Below are positions 25,501-39,247 of a stretch of DNA of 57,961 nt, piece after piece. Below the pieces are notes generated by a model. It worked only from the letters and a program-made list of their open reading frames with translations. It made no database searches and was not told the origin of the DNA. Position 1 is the stretch's first letter. The number at the start of each line of letters is the position of its first letter. The stretch is from Catajapyx aquilonaris (taxonomy: Eukaryota): assembly GCA_000934665.2 (NCBI GenBank), contig KZ538637.1:62001-119961 (forward strand). The letters run 5' to 3'. A program made the translations under genes and the position numbers.

Positions 25501-28500
25501 CCTAACAGATATCTTTCAAAAATTACCCGTATACAGTGGTGTAGGTGCTGCTCTGATAGGCACTCAAATCAAATTCTATACAAGTCAACAATTTGATTCC
25601 ATTGAATGTTAACATTAATCTGAGTCTTATTTTGTTATTTTCATTGGATCACTTTCTAAAAGCACTGCAACACTTGGGGCCAATTATTGATGTTTGTGAT
25701 TGCGCCAACTTGTTTGCATGGAGTATATTCCAGAGTTCAAAGCCGGTAAAAGTGGTAATTTTTGGCTAGTATTTACTTACAGTGAATATTTCAGTTGAAT
25801 TATGTAAGTATAGGGTATAGTATTTGCACATCACCTTGAAACACCTTGGCACATTGAAATAATATATATAATAAATATTGTTATAAGTAATAAACTAAGA
25901 ATTGTTTTAAGGGCTGTGTGACAGTAAAGACAAAATATGTTTAGATCTGTTTACACTCTGTATGGTATACAGTACTGCATTCTTGCCGACCAACGTGAAT
26001 GATGGTTGTTCAATGTATACTCGTATACATAATATAGTCTATGTATAGATTGTTAAAACTGCATTATTATAAGAAAAATAGTGCTGTAATCAGAACGCGG
26101 TTAATATTAGGGTGGTTGCTGATAGTCACATGTGCATGAGAAATTATCTTTTTGAGGTGTCATTCCAAAATATTTCAAACTGTTGCTTCATGATGCGGAG
26201 TTGTGTTAGGTCATGCGAGGGGCGACAATTTTTAATTACGGCAACCATCAGCAGTGAAGTAAATATTTTATTCTTTATAAAAAGGAATGTGATGGTGGTT
26301 TTCTCAGTAATGTAACTTAAATATGATAAGTTGCGACATCACTATTAATATTCTGACGGATCGTGTAGCGGCTCACTTGTCCTTGTTATAAAACCATTCG
26401 TGAGTGCCGTTTTATGGTTTGTTCAGTGTCGACTCAGAATATAAGAAAAATATTGGAATTCTCTTTATTATTATTGATTCTTAAAATTTAGGGACTACAT
26501 GTTCATTGTGCAAGAACACTAGCGCGAGTAACAAGAAATGATTAGACGTAATATCATATTGCTTTATATTAGGCCTAATAATGTTTAATCAAAAGTAATT
26601 AACAACAATCACTTAATTTGTGCCGTGACATTTTAACCGGGTGTCAAATTTTAAAATTTAACTGCCGAAATAAAAATTTTCTCACTATTAGGCCACCCCG
26701 GTTTTTCTTCCGCTATGATTTTTTAATCCCCCCCTTCATACCTGCTCAGCCAATGTAACACTAGGCCAAGGCCGGGTATGCAAAAGAAGCCATCTTAAAC
26801 CTGCGGGTCAAGAAGTGTGCATTTCTACCTGAGTCACTAGGGGTTATATAGTAAGGTACCTGAAAGACCGGTTATTATGCCTACGCCGAAGGACAAGTTC
26901 AGTTATAAATCGCACACTACCTTGACCGGCTCCCTTTTAAATCTTTGTGCGAGTCATGTTCACTACACACCAGCCAAACCTATACAAGGTAGGGGGGGAA
27001 AAAATAGCCCTTCTCACCTGGCCTTTGACCTAGATACAGCATACCTGTCGCGTACATATATTATTATTTTTTCACCGCACTGCAGCGATATTGTTATTAA
27101 TATTTTCAAACCCTCTCTTTTCCCGCACGTTTGGTTTTTTTTACATAACATTGTTTTTAATAACATCCTTAGACATCTAGCAGGCCCGCATTTTTTCCCC
27201 CCCTTCATGAATATGAATAATCCTTGGGTTGGAAGATGCAACTTAGTGGTAATGAATTCAAAGGCGCTTGTGTTTGCGGTCCGGATCCGGATGCATATTC
27301 GCCAGAAAGAGTTCTTAGAGCCGCATAAGACCCGGAGAAAAGTAGGGGGGGGGGGGACCATTGCTGAGAAGCCACACTAGCAAAACTTTATTTCCCGAAT
27401 GAGGTGCGGACGACACCCACAGGAAAGGGTCTCCAAAAAATAAGACCTGAATCGACCTCGTTTCTTGCATGTTATTATTATCATTATTATTTTTGCATAG
27501 ATTTTTTTTTTCTGTTTTTTGTACTAGTGTTTCTGCTCCGGGCGCGCCATTCCGTGGACGCCCGCCTTCTCTTCGATTGGGTTGAGACCACGTCAATACG
27601 GTCAGCGCTGCAGTCCCGGCGCCATGCTGTTTTTTTTTCTTTTTCTTTTCCATGGCCCCTTCCTTGCCCTCCCGCCCTTTGCTGGCATATTGCGGCTACT
27701 GTTACTCATTATACTGCCGAAGTTGTGATTCATATCAATGGCAGTGATTTTAGGATCGGACATATCGGATGTTGAGGTTCAGCATCGGATGTTGGCATGT
27801 GGAGTTCAATGTTGATTAAATGGGGTTAATTAGCTTACAATTTGTTTAAAATTTTGGAAAATTTAATGTGTTAAGATTTGAAGATAATTGGGGTCATGTT
27901 TTGTGGGAGTTGCAGTGCAGTGTGTGTTAAGTGTTCTTGTGTGGAGTTAGTTGTGTTTATATATATATTTAAAGTTTTAATTAGTGTTTCTGATTGTAAG
28001 TCAGGCGTATTGTTTACATCCTTGGGTTGCTCCATGTGGTAAAGAGTGTTTTATCAAGTTATGTCCGGGTGTGGATGCATGGATACACATATGCTAATTA
28101 TAAACACATGTTGATACTGTATTTTCTGATTCACTGGATGTAAGAAATAACACAGTAAGTGTACTAATAGCTCATTATCGCACCGTATACATGCAATTCG
28201 CTTCACATGATGAGAGTTAGATGGTGTAATAATTAGCATAACAACAAGTTAACTTGCACTTCTGTATTGTTTACATTTTAGTTTTAACGAACGAGTCAGG
28301 TTTAGGCGTACAGTTTCCTATAGTAACTTAACATCTACCTTTCCCTACAGTGTAACAATAATAAAAATAAATTACATGCAGTATAAACAGGTGCCGACTC
28401 TTTGTACAAAATTTACAAACAATTACTCCTGCGAACTCGCATTAAACTTACAAATTGTGCAAGTGAATTCTATAAACCTGTGTCCCTGCGCACCTATTTT

Positions 28501-31500
28501 GCTACTGAAATTATCCTGCAATACAAAAATAATAATAAATCTGCACCCCCAGGTACAGTGTGCAATGTAGTGATGACAAGCGATATCGGAGTGGCCTAAC
28601 TGAGGTTCCTGCGAACAAGTCGAATCATGCAAGCAAATAAAATTAGCCAAGGCTCGGAATTTGAAAGTGGACTAAGATCAGTGGACTTGGAGGCTATAAG
28701 AAAGGGCCTGGCCTAGCATCTGGGTAGCAAGTATTGATCAACTCCCAGTAAGCTCCAACTCTCCCAATCTTGCGCACGTAAAATCAGCCATGGAGGATGG
28801 ACAATGGCTTTTTTTTTCTCCTCCTCCTCCTCCTTCCACTCCCCCCGCCTCCTCCCTAGCCTTCTTTATTCTCCTTATCCTCCACCTCCTCCCAGACCTC
28901 TTTAGCCTATGTCCCTCCTTCATTACCAGAGTCGAGAGAGGCTATGGGTCCAGAAGGGGAGACTAGGATGTTAGTTTGATCTAACGGCGGGCCTGGGAAG
29001 CTTGGAAATAAAGCGATTTGAAGGGAAATTGCAGTGCGGGCCTTGCGGTTTACTGTAGCCCATTTTGTTGTTTTTACTCGGGTCATGGATCTCAGATTTG
29101 GATCCCTTTAATTGGGGACGTGCAATCCTTTCTGTGGGAGGACACTTTATCTGATCGCCAATTAGCCGGCGCTGTGGCCTTTGCAAGAACTCTAGGCTTT
29201 AGGCCAATCCGATATGTAATTGTCACGCCCGACAGTCGAGCTATGGTATTAAATCTAATTAACTTTGTATGCGAGGCGGATTTTGCGAGAAAAAAAATCG
29301 CGGCTGTTTGAATCGATTGTTGCCCCGGCTTGCTGCCATGTCTTTTTAGCCCGGCCACAACTGCTAGGGCTGGATGTAAAAATAAATCATGTTTGGATAG
29401 AGTTTCACGATCAAAAGCTTCCGGTTTTTACTTACCCTCATTACAGTACGATTACAAATAAATTACCCCTTGATGCGGTAGACCCTTTCAGTTTTGGACT
29501 TGGTATTTAAAAGGTAAACCTATAGCTAATCAGAACAGCATATATAGGCGTATTGACTTTTTTGCCCTTCCATTATATTTTCCCAACTTGATTACATTTG
29601 CGAGAGTGGAACAGTTTAACTTTCTCTCTTTCTATTGATGCGTATTAAGATTCTAATTAATTGTCATCACTGTGAGTAGAAAGAAATGTTGCCGAGTTGT
29701 AATGAGGACTCGAATAATTACACCAATATAGTGTGGGACAGTTAATTATTTTGGGAAAACTGTTTTTCGCGGAACAGGAGCGCAGTGTCTGCATTTTACA
29801 ACTACTCCACATATGTTGCATATGGGAGGTAAACTGTGTTGCTGCTTTGTTGGCTGTAGCTCTTTACTGTTACTGCGGCCGTTACTATGAGCGCAAGTTC
29901 CTTGAGTCATTGTATATGATGTATATTACATAATTATGTTACAGCGAAAACGTGTATTTCTGCCGTAATAACAACATTTTTATTCAGTATTTTATGGAGC
30001 ATTATAAATTATGCCGACAGTGGAATGCGCATACATGTATAATGCCATAATTCCATCTTTTACATATCATTTTATTTTCAAAACTGACCTTGCTAGGTAA
30101 ATCGATTTGTTTCCATAAAACAAAAGCGAGACCTCCATTTTCCTCCACATTTCCTCCATTGTAGCAATTTTCTAGAATGGCATATTTGCTATTCTGGCTA
30201 AGAGTCTGAGCGAACTGCAGGCAGCTATTTTGTGCGCAAGGTTTTGAATATCTGTAATATTGGGACAGATTGAAGGAGGAGAATGTTTCCCAAGTTGAGG
30301 CCTCCCAGTGATTTTTGGGGCCCCAAGTTTGCGTGGCAGATAAGCACAGGTATAGGCCTGAATAAAAAAGCGACCGGAATGGGAGTCATGGCGTAGAAAG
30401 CAAGGTTTGAGTTAGAAGAAAAACTGGGTGCGGAAATTGAGCGGCATCCTTCCGCCAACTCTTGCCATCTGTGTCAGCCTCACTGCCAGTCGATTGTTAC
30501 ACTTAATAATTAATTTATCATTAACGCAAGGCTCTTTCCACGTCCGTTGTTGGAGGGGGGTGCGCATGAATTATGACGCGCCTTTGGAACGGTGTCGTTT
30601 GTAAGGCCGACGGCAGGGACCCAGAGAAAAAAGAGGAAAAGAAGGAACGGAACGACCGGAGGCAATTTCTTTGAATGTTTAATACGGGAAAGCTGGTAGG
30701 GGGAAGATAGAGACGAATGCATATCTTGGGAGCGAGCGGTCAACTCTGGTGGCCGCCCATAAATCTCTAAGGACATTTCAATATGTCTGCGGAACGCTAG
30801 GATGACATGAGGGTGGGTTGTCGGATTATAAAGAATGGACTCCATGCGTCTTTATCCGGTGGCCGGGCAGGCGACAGACACGATCGGTTTTCCAGCTGGG
30901 GTCCGGAGACATGATGTCCGGAAGGTGTCCTTTGGAGGGGGAGGAATTGAGGAAGAAGAGGGGGAGGTGGGAGGGGGTGGACACTTCCAGATTCAAGGCA
31001 GAGGAAATGAAAAGTGACATTCATGTTTTATTCAGGGTCAAGAAAGTGGCACTAATGGCATCATCCAAAATCCCGCGAGAGGGAACCAGTGGCGTCTGGG
31101 CCTAAAGACAAAACGGGGCCGTTTGCAACAGTCTTGTCTTACACTCGCCCTTCTTGGGTACGACCATAAAGAGTTAAGTGTATGAAGAATTGATCAACTG
31201 AAAGGCAAGGCAGGTCTAAGCTAGCGGCTAGAAATTTCCCCCTTCCCTCACTTAAGCCATGATTTTGGTATGCGTATAGGGGGGTGAGTCCTCCTTGTTA
31301 CACATCAGCCTTGGGATAACGTAGATCTGAAAAGGTACCTGCCACATTTCACACGTAAAATTTCTGATGCAATTTAAATTTGAAAAAGTTACAAGAACTT
31401 CACATTGCAATTTCTGCCACAAAAGGTCTACATTCCTGGAGAAAACCTATGCAGTGATATGTAAAATGCACATTGTGGCGGGAAATTGTTAGTTTAAAAA

Positions 31501-32341
31501 TAGTGATAAACTAGGGGTAGCCGTCCCTTTCTCGAATCCAATATCAGTCGCAGTATGAGATGAAAGCCAATAAAATTTTATATAATTTTTGGGCTGAATT
31601 TTCTGCAACTGCTAATTTTGGAATTTTTAATGTATCTTCCGCCACCCATTATCGAAAGTATCTGAAAATTCCACATGCTAATAATTGATGTTTTAACTTT
31701 TGTAAAATTCAGTTCCACGTTCGTAGTTATCGTGGCTTTTCAACATAAGGTATTATCACAATGCATTGCACTAATATGGGTCATTGGTACGCTCCGCAGA
31801 GAAATTATTTAGGCCACTTATGCTCAGAATAAACTTGAATATGGTGCCAAAACCGTTTATGCCATCTGATTTTATTGACAGATGTTACAATAGCACTTAT
31901 GTTTTTCAATATTAATTAATATTTTTGGCGGACAATATTGAAATGTCTATAATATTTTAAATCAACATTTAATAACACTAGCCAAAGCATTACATAATAA
32001 TCCATCGCAATTGAGAAAATCCAACCCGGATTTGGAGCACGTATAAGTGCAAAATCTCCCTCCTTTTGTAAATAAAGGGTGCCATGTTGGAGACAGGCCT
32101 GGGCATAGTAAATGCAGAGCAGAAGGAAAAGGGTAGTGCAGGGGAAGAGAAATGGGAAGTCCCCTCCCGAAATGATTTAGTGTGGGCCCGAATCCACAAG
32201 CTGAACCGGAGCATCAACGGCTGTGAAATAAGACCCCAGGAAGAAGACTAGGCGGTTACATTTTGCGTCCCGCAAAATATTTATACGCGATTTCCCGTAT
32301 GTGTTTGACTAGGCCGGTGTAAAGGCATGTCTGATGAGCAC

Positions 32342-32342
<1 letters not shown>

Positions 32343-32400
<58 letters not shown>
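32343..32400 (+). repeat. (AG)29 microsatellite
   Basis: Direct reading. Confidence 0.97.
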
Positions 32401-32404
<4 letters not shown>

Positions 32405-33939
32405 CACCGCAGATTGTGGGCTCGACTGAACCAACAGTTCCGGACATTTTGTTGTGGTGGTTTCATGGAGGGGGCGGTTTCAGGAGAGGGGTACAATCCT
32501 GCTGATATACTGCAGGCAACTCGCCAGCTTTATGTCACAGATGCTTAGCGGCGGAAACGACGAGAAAGAGGCCGTAATTGAAATGGACTCGCTATAGTGA
32601 ACTAATTCGCTGGTATGAATTTCTGTATGGGCCGAGAATCGTGGCTTTACTTTTCAACCCGGAGGGATGGGGGGGGGGGGTCGCTTCCAAAAAATAATAA
32701 AGGTGGAACTGTCTACATTACATGATATTATGCTATAAAGTGTCATTACTCATGGTGGAAAGGATCGCTCAGCTCTTGGGTGTTGGGTGTTGATATTTTT
32801 GATGGCTTGCATCCAGGGCGATAAAATCTCATTTGGAAGTGGCGCAGGTGTGCGGAACATTATCGAATGAAAATATTCCCAGGTTCGGAGTACAGTTCAG
32901 AGTTGGGAGACGCTTAATTAATATTTTTAAGCCCTTCAAGTATGACGTAGCAATTGCTCATTAGTACCAAAAAAATTGTTTCAAAGTGCAATTGGTCATA
33001 TACATTAGCACTTTAGAAATTCAAAGAACCCTGGGATATCTCACTTCCATGTATTTTTTTCCTCCTCTCTTCTCTCTCGGAATATGATTCTTCAGATGCT
33101 CAGGGCTTTCCCTCTCTCTGGCTGCGTATCTTGTCCATTAATCATGGCTGCTCAAAGCCCCAAGAATATCCGGAGGATCTTGGTTGTGCTGAGTCAGGGC
33201 GGGAAGGAAGGAAGAAAGCACAAGTCTAGCCTCTTTGCCCTTGCGCATGGTCAGCACATTGGATCTGTATAGGCCCAGACCTGCATCAGGAGCAGATAAT
33301 ACTTCGTAGGAGACTCGTTTCCCCCTATCCAGCTCCATATAGAGGCATGACCGTTTTCGAGAAACTACATTTACATGGCTGGAACATTTTTCCAGCTACG
33401 TCACCAGAAAGTGTTCCCCTCATCCACCGTGGCTGCCCACCTTCCCTAGTGGAAGGTCCTGCCCCCCAGCCAGTGACCAATAAGGGTGCAGTTCCTCTCG
33501 AGAACCAGCCATGTCCACACACATGCTCCAGTTTGAAGCAGCTGGGGGGCACTCAAAACAGGCGCTCGCCTTTAGGGCATGGCAACAGGATGCAGGCCAG
33601 CAAGTTGCAGGGTGGCAGCATGGCCAGTTGAAGGGAAGAGTATACTACGATAAGTGTCAACTTGGATTAACTGGTCCAGTCTAGCTTGAATATAAACTGA
33701 ACTTTGATAAGTCAGCTAATTTGCAGGGTAAAGTTCAGTGTTGGTGCAGAAAGTAGGGGCATAAAAATATGAAGAAATTGAATTATTAAAATGTGATGTA
33801 AGGGCCTAATTATTTTTAGATAAAGGTTAGTCGCACTGCGGAGGTATGAGCAATATTTGAGCAATTTAGAACATTTTTGTCCGACGCCGTAGAATGCTCC
33901 ATCACATCCTAAGTGACCATCAGTCAAATTGAATCACTC

Positions 33940-34280
33940 CCAAAGTGCTATTGACGTCCTGTTTAATTAACAGCTACTGAAAATAGACAGGATACCCTCT
34001 GCAAGTCGAACATCCCTATAGGCCGAAGTTCTCTAATAGTCGAAGAAAATTGCCATATCCGTTGGTCAGCATGTAAACAAATAACAATTTAGCTTCCCTA
34101 AGGGTGGGGCTAGCAATAGTAAATCCATAAGTCGTTGTACCTTCTTGTTTGTTGTTGATAGCAAAATTCGAAAAAAATGTAGAATAATACAGGGATCAGC
34201 AACTTGTTCTAGATTTACCATCGATCACTCAACCAGGCCAAGGTGCTATTGCCGTCATGTATAATAAACAGCTACTGGAA
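33940..34280 (+). repeat. Degenerate direct repeat pair (43 bp, 298 bp apart)
   Basis: 33940-33982 CCAAAGTGCTATTGACGTCCTGTTTAATTAACAGCTACTGAAA and 34238-34280 CCAAGGTGCTATTGCCGTCATGTATAATAAACAGCTACTGGAA are 37/43 identical without gaps. Confidence 0.8.
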
Positions 34281-37261
34281 CTATAGTGAATACTGTACAC
34301 GCAAGCGGCTTCTGAGCCACATACTGTACAAACTAGTTATTCCTGATAAATCTTAATGTCCACATCTTATTCGGTTAACGGCAAGAGTTTTATTGGGCCT
34401 AACAATTGAGATTAATCTACAAGTGATTATATATTTGAACGAATACGCACTTACGTAGTCACCCACGCATGATAGGACGACGATTTACTATCAGGTTGCA
34501 ATTGAAAGTGACAGAAATAATTGGCTTCAGACAGAACTTGCATGGGCGGACGTATTAGGGTTAGTACAGCTGCGTTGTTGCTGAAGGTTGCGGCCTCTCA
34601 CAATCTTTGCATTTTAGCCTCATAGACAGCATTTTGCCTGGCTCCTTATTTATTATGAGCACATGAGAAAAATGGCAGCCAAAGTTTGATGTATATAGGA
34701 AAGACGTTGAGCGGAAGAAAGAAGTCTTGTTATATACAATTACCACAAGGAAAACAAATTTCTTATTTTCGTTAAAAATATTGCAAGAATAATTTTGGCT
34801 GTACAACGAAATGACAATTAGGCAAGTTTCTAGCATTTCTGTAGGGTTGTATTTCATTACAGGGACTCACAATACATTCAATAAGACATCATGCTGTATA
34901 ATGCAGATAATTATGACATTTTTGTTTTTTAAATGTGGAATATTATGCAATTACATAGTTGCAATAATTTGTGAATAAATTCCATATAATTTTTGCACTA
35001 AGAAGTGGGCGCAATTGCCACATGCACCGGGTGCTCAACCAACCCTATTTCTTAAAATATTATTCATAACTAGATCAACAGAATTTTGAGAACCACATTT
35101 ATAAAGTGATGAACTGGATCTCTGATAATATGGTGGATTTATTTTCATGCGTATATAATCAATACTAACGGCGTAGATTAGCTAAAAATGATTCATTAAT
35201 TGAGCGCCATTCCCCCACCTTCCTCTTAAATTTACTACAGGCTTATGTGACTAGCTGTAGGTCTTGATCTACCCAAGGACTTTGCGATTTATTTATGCCC
35301 TACCATTTTGTGGTCCCAACATATGACTGTCAATCAGTACCCAGTTCAGACATCTCTTCGTTATCAGAAGGTTTTAGACAATCGCTCATTGTTGTAGATA
35401 GGCTATCTGTATTCCTCTCAAATGTTTGTTGGATAATGCAGTTATCCTGAAGAAGTATTAATTAGTTCCCCTGTTGGAATAAATATTGCAAATTGACACC
35501 ATTGTGATAAGTTGACTTTGTTGGCTAGCATTATTTCTGTGTGTAAGTTGTCAGTTCATATATATACACTGTATCAAATATATTGTTTCAGTCCTGGTAA
35601 CAGACCTTATACCAGCGTTGGAATGATGTGAAAACAGGAGTAAATAAAAAATACACGTAAATATCTTACACGATATTATTTTGTCTTTTAATACTGTCGC
35701 CTATTCAGTAGAGTTCCAGGATCCAGAAGCTAAGATGTATCAATAAACCATTAGGCCTAATATTAGTAAGTCTGGATATTTTCGGTTTGTTTACCTGGCA
35801 TTTAAGTTTTCATTGTGGACTTGAGGCTGGCCATGATGTGTCCATTTTACTTGAGATATCCCTGAAGACTATATAATATTGTCGCCACCACTTGACCCCC
35901 CTTTCATCGCCCCAGGCTAGCTCTTTCCTCAAAAACTAGTCTGAGCAAGCGGTCTAAGACCAGGCTCCTGTGACACCTGCCTTGTATCGCACCTCCTACC
36001 CCCATCCAAGCAAAAAATACAAGTTTTTCCCGAGAGGCAAGCCCGCTCCCACTGCAGCATGTGACGACTCTCGGACCCCTGTGGTCACGCTTCTGTGATA
36101 GGGTCAAGAAACCTTTCAGCTGGCACCAGTATAGGCAGAGTACACATCATAATCCAATCGGAGGTGTCGTTCCTAGTCATTGGCTCCTGTGAAGTATAAT
36201 CTGCTATTCCCTGCATATATCAGGTTATTTAGACTAAACTGTTATTATATGACCTTTTTGTGTCTGCGTTCAAAAGATTACTTTTCAGTTCATTTTTTAA
36301 AGTATAGGGAAAAAGCGCGAGCGAATGCGGGCGTCTCCCCCATGTAGTATAGGCCCACTTTTTTTTTCCGGAGAGATAAGTCGTCATCAATATTGGGAAG
36401 ATAAATGAGCGGCAAGGGCCGGCAGGACATTTCGATCTAGGCGCAGGACACGGCGACCCACCCCACTCACAACTATTCCTTTTCGGTTCCTGTCAGATAT
36501 AATGTCCGCCGATGGCCACCCGAGGACATTATCGAAATGAAAATTTGCCATGCGGAGAAAATTTATGTTCCAGCTCTGGCAAGCGGAGGACAGTAGCCTT
36601 CCAGAATTTACCTTGCGCTTATAGAACCAGAAAAATCAATGGTAGATCATGTAGCTTTTGTAAACAAGTGGATGGAGTATGTGATTCAATAATTTAGTTA
36701 CCAAGTAATTTCTAAGTAAAATTAATTACCTCGATACTATTCCCTGCTGTTTCATTCATTTTGAATAATAGACACAACCTACATCTTCTGTGCTTTATTT
36801 CATAGTCTATATTGTCCATTTGCAATGACATATGATAATTGCTGCTAATACCCCCTGTAAAACAAAAAAAACTACAAAACATTTGGCATTTCTTGTTGCA
36901 CATTTAACGACAATCTTAATTTATAACCACGCCTTCAGATGTATCAGGTGAGGTTGATGACGTGCCATTATATCTCACCTGAAGACGACCCCCCCCCATC
37001 NAATCCCCCCCCCCTCCTACTCCCCCCTTGCCCCCACCTCCTCCTTGCACCGGCGAGACGTATGACCCCGAGCAGCGGAGAGTTATAGGACGCGAAAGCC
37101 AATTTTACGAGACCATTACTTGAGGTCTGTGGACCGTCTCCTTCCAAGGAGCTGGCTGCAACTCCGTCGGTGGAGTTTCTTGATGAGATTATTGGCGAGG
37201 AGGCTGCGGATCGATAGTCACTTGTTTCCCGCGAAAGGGAGGGGAAGGGGTTTTCAAGTGA

Positions 37262-37281
37262 GGGATGGGGAGAGGGGGAGA

Positions 37282-37284
<3 letters not shown>
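37262..37284 (+). other. Canonical G-quadruplex motif
   Basis: GGG-AT-GGGG-AGA-GGGGG-AGA-GGG, directly upstream of an (AG)n tract. Confidence 0.6.

Positions 37285-37286
<2 letters not shown>

Positions 37287-37318
<32 letters not shown>
37287..37318 (+). repeat. (AG)16 microsatellite
   Basis: Direct reading. Confidence 0.97.
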
Positions 37319-37323
<5 letters not shown>

Positions 37324-37821
37324 CACCGACGTCTCTTTTCCCATGGAATTAGCCTGCGCGGTATGGACATACTCCAGGAGTTTGCTATCAGAAAGCCTTA
37401 ATGCCTATGTATGGCGAGGGTATTAAGCAAAAAAAGGTACGTACTGTAGGCACATGGGGCGCTGGCCAGTAGGAAGGGGGAGGGTCGGTGTGTCGTCGGA
37501 AGCGTCGGAGGCGTCGTCCTATGTTGGGTCTTGGCCAAAGCGCGGCGCTGCAGGTCGACAGGGCCACAGATGCGCCGCCGCCAAAAGGAGCTCCCTGAAA
37601 ACGGGCATTCCATTCGGAAAATGCGATGTCCGCTCCAGATTCTTCAGTCCGGGAGAAAACATTGGGGCAAATATGCCGAGGGGGCTGTTTTATTTCATGT
37701 CTTTTGACCAAGAATTTTAGAGGGAAGAAACAGCAAGGCTTGAGAGATTCGATGTGATGCTGGTTTTCAAGTTGATGTATGTTGGTCAAATTTTAAATAA
37801 GTTTCAAACAATTTTGGGAAT

Positions 37822-37856
37822 ACCACCACCACCACCATCACCACCACCACCACCAC
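37822..37856 (+). repeat. Imperfect (ACC)n microsatellite, about 11 units
   Basis: ACCACCACCACCACCATCACCACCACCACCACCAC. Confidence 0.92.
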
Positions 37857-39168
37857 AAAAAAATGTATAGTCACCTTTTGCCTGATTTGTAGCGGTCAAA
37901 AAATTCGGATATTCGGGTGCTCAGCTGGGGGTAAGGGGTTAGGGTGCTGGGCAAACTGAAAAAAAGCGTCCTATTTTGTCCGGATGACAACAATGGCAAG
38001 GTGAGGGACGGATTTGGGTGACGGGAAATATTGGGTTGACAGCACACACCAGACTATCTGAACGCTTCTTCAATGTAAAGCTCCCTGAGAGTCACAATGC
38101 TCCAGCGATTTTTCCAGGGAGCGAAGAGATTAGGAGAGGTTATCCTTTGTGGACCAGCACAACCAGAGGTCCCAAAGAGGACACAGGGGATCTTTTTTTC
38201 CGGCCCCTTTGTGCCCCCCCCCCCCTCCAAAAGAGGATAGGTATAGACCTGGGAAGCTCTTTTTCCACCTTGACAGCAACAACCTGCGACTCTGCAACCT
38301 GGGTGAATCAATGAGTTATTGTGACTCTTTTTTTAGGGGGCACAGAGGGTCACTTTTTTATAGTATGGAAACCACTCAAATTTCACGGATTTGTGGATAA
38401 AATGTGAACGGCAGTGAGATATCACTTGACTTTTTCAGAAAAAAAGCGCCGTTTTTGAAATCCCCTTTTTTGGCCGATCAAGTCATTTTATGGCAGAAGG
38501 TTGCTAGATTAAAATATAATGGTTTATTGAGGATCAGAGGGTACCAGGTATTTTCAAACTTAGAATGAATTTGCAGTGGCTATGCTGTTGTTGCATATAC
38601 GTACGTAAATTTTAATAACATAATTATAGCAAGGTAGGGTAAATGACTTGTATATTAGCCGCTGTGTAGGTTACATCAACAAATGAAAAAATAACAACAT
38701 TGGAATCAACAATATTTATTATTCAAATTGCACCTAGAAAATATCTTCTTGCCAGATGCCATACCTGTATGTGTAATGAAATAAAAACCACCTGAATCTG
38801 TGATATGGCGACAGCATTTGGCAGGCTACACACTAACTCATATATGAGCAACCCTCTAAAATAAGATTAATAAGAACAGACGTGTCCTGAGCAAACAATC
38901 CACGTTTATTTCCCTTCTATGACGTCAGATGCAAAAGAAAACTTGAGACACAAATAGGGCGTATAATCGCAGCGTTGAGATGCGAATGTTTGGCCCCCCA
39001 ATATTTGAGCTTTTGCTGCAAGTGACATTACTTAGTCAAGAAAAGAGAAGGAAATTCGGACCATTAACTTGGTGAGAAATTGACTTGACCTCCCCTCGTC
39101 CCTTATTTTTACCCGGAAACTTGGCACGGCAGCAACGGCGATTCCGGGAGGGGCCCCACCGTAAATTT

Positions 39169-39171
<3 letters not shown>

Positions 39172-39245
<74 letters not shown>
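39172..39245 (+). repeat. (AG)37 microsatellite
   Basis: Direct reading. It produces the ERERER run in ORF 39085..39450. Confidence 0.97.
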
Positions 39246-39247
<2 letters not shown>

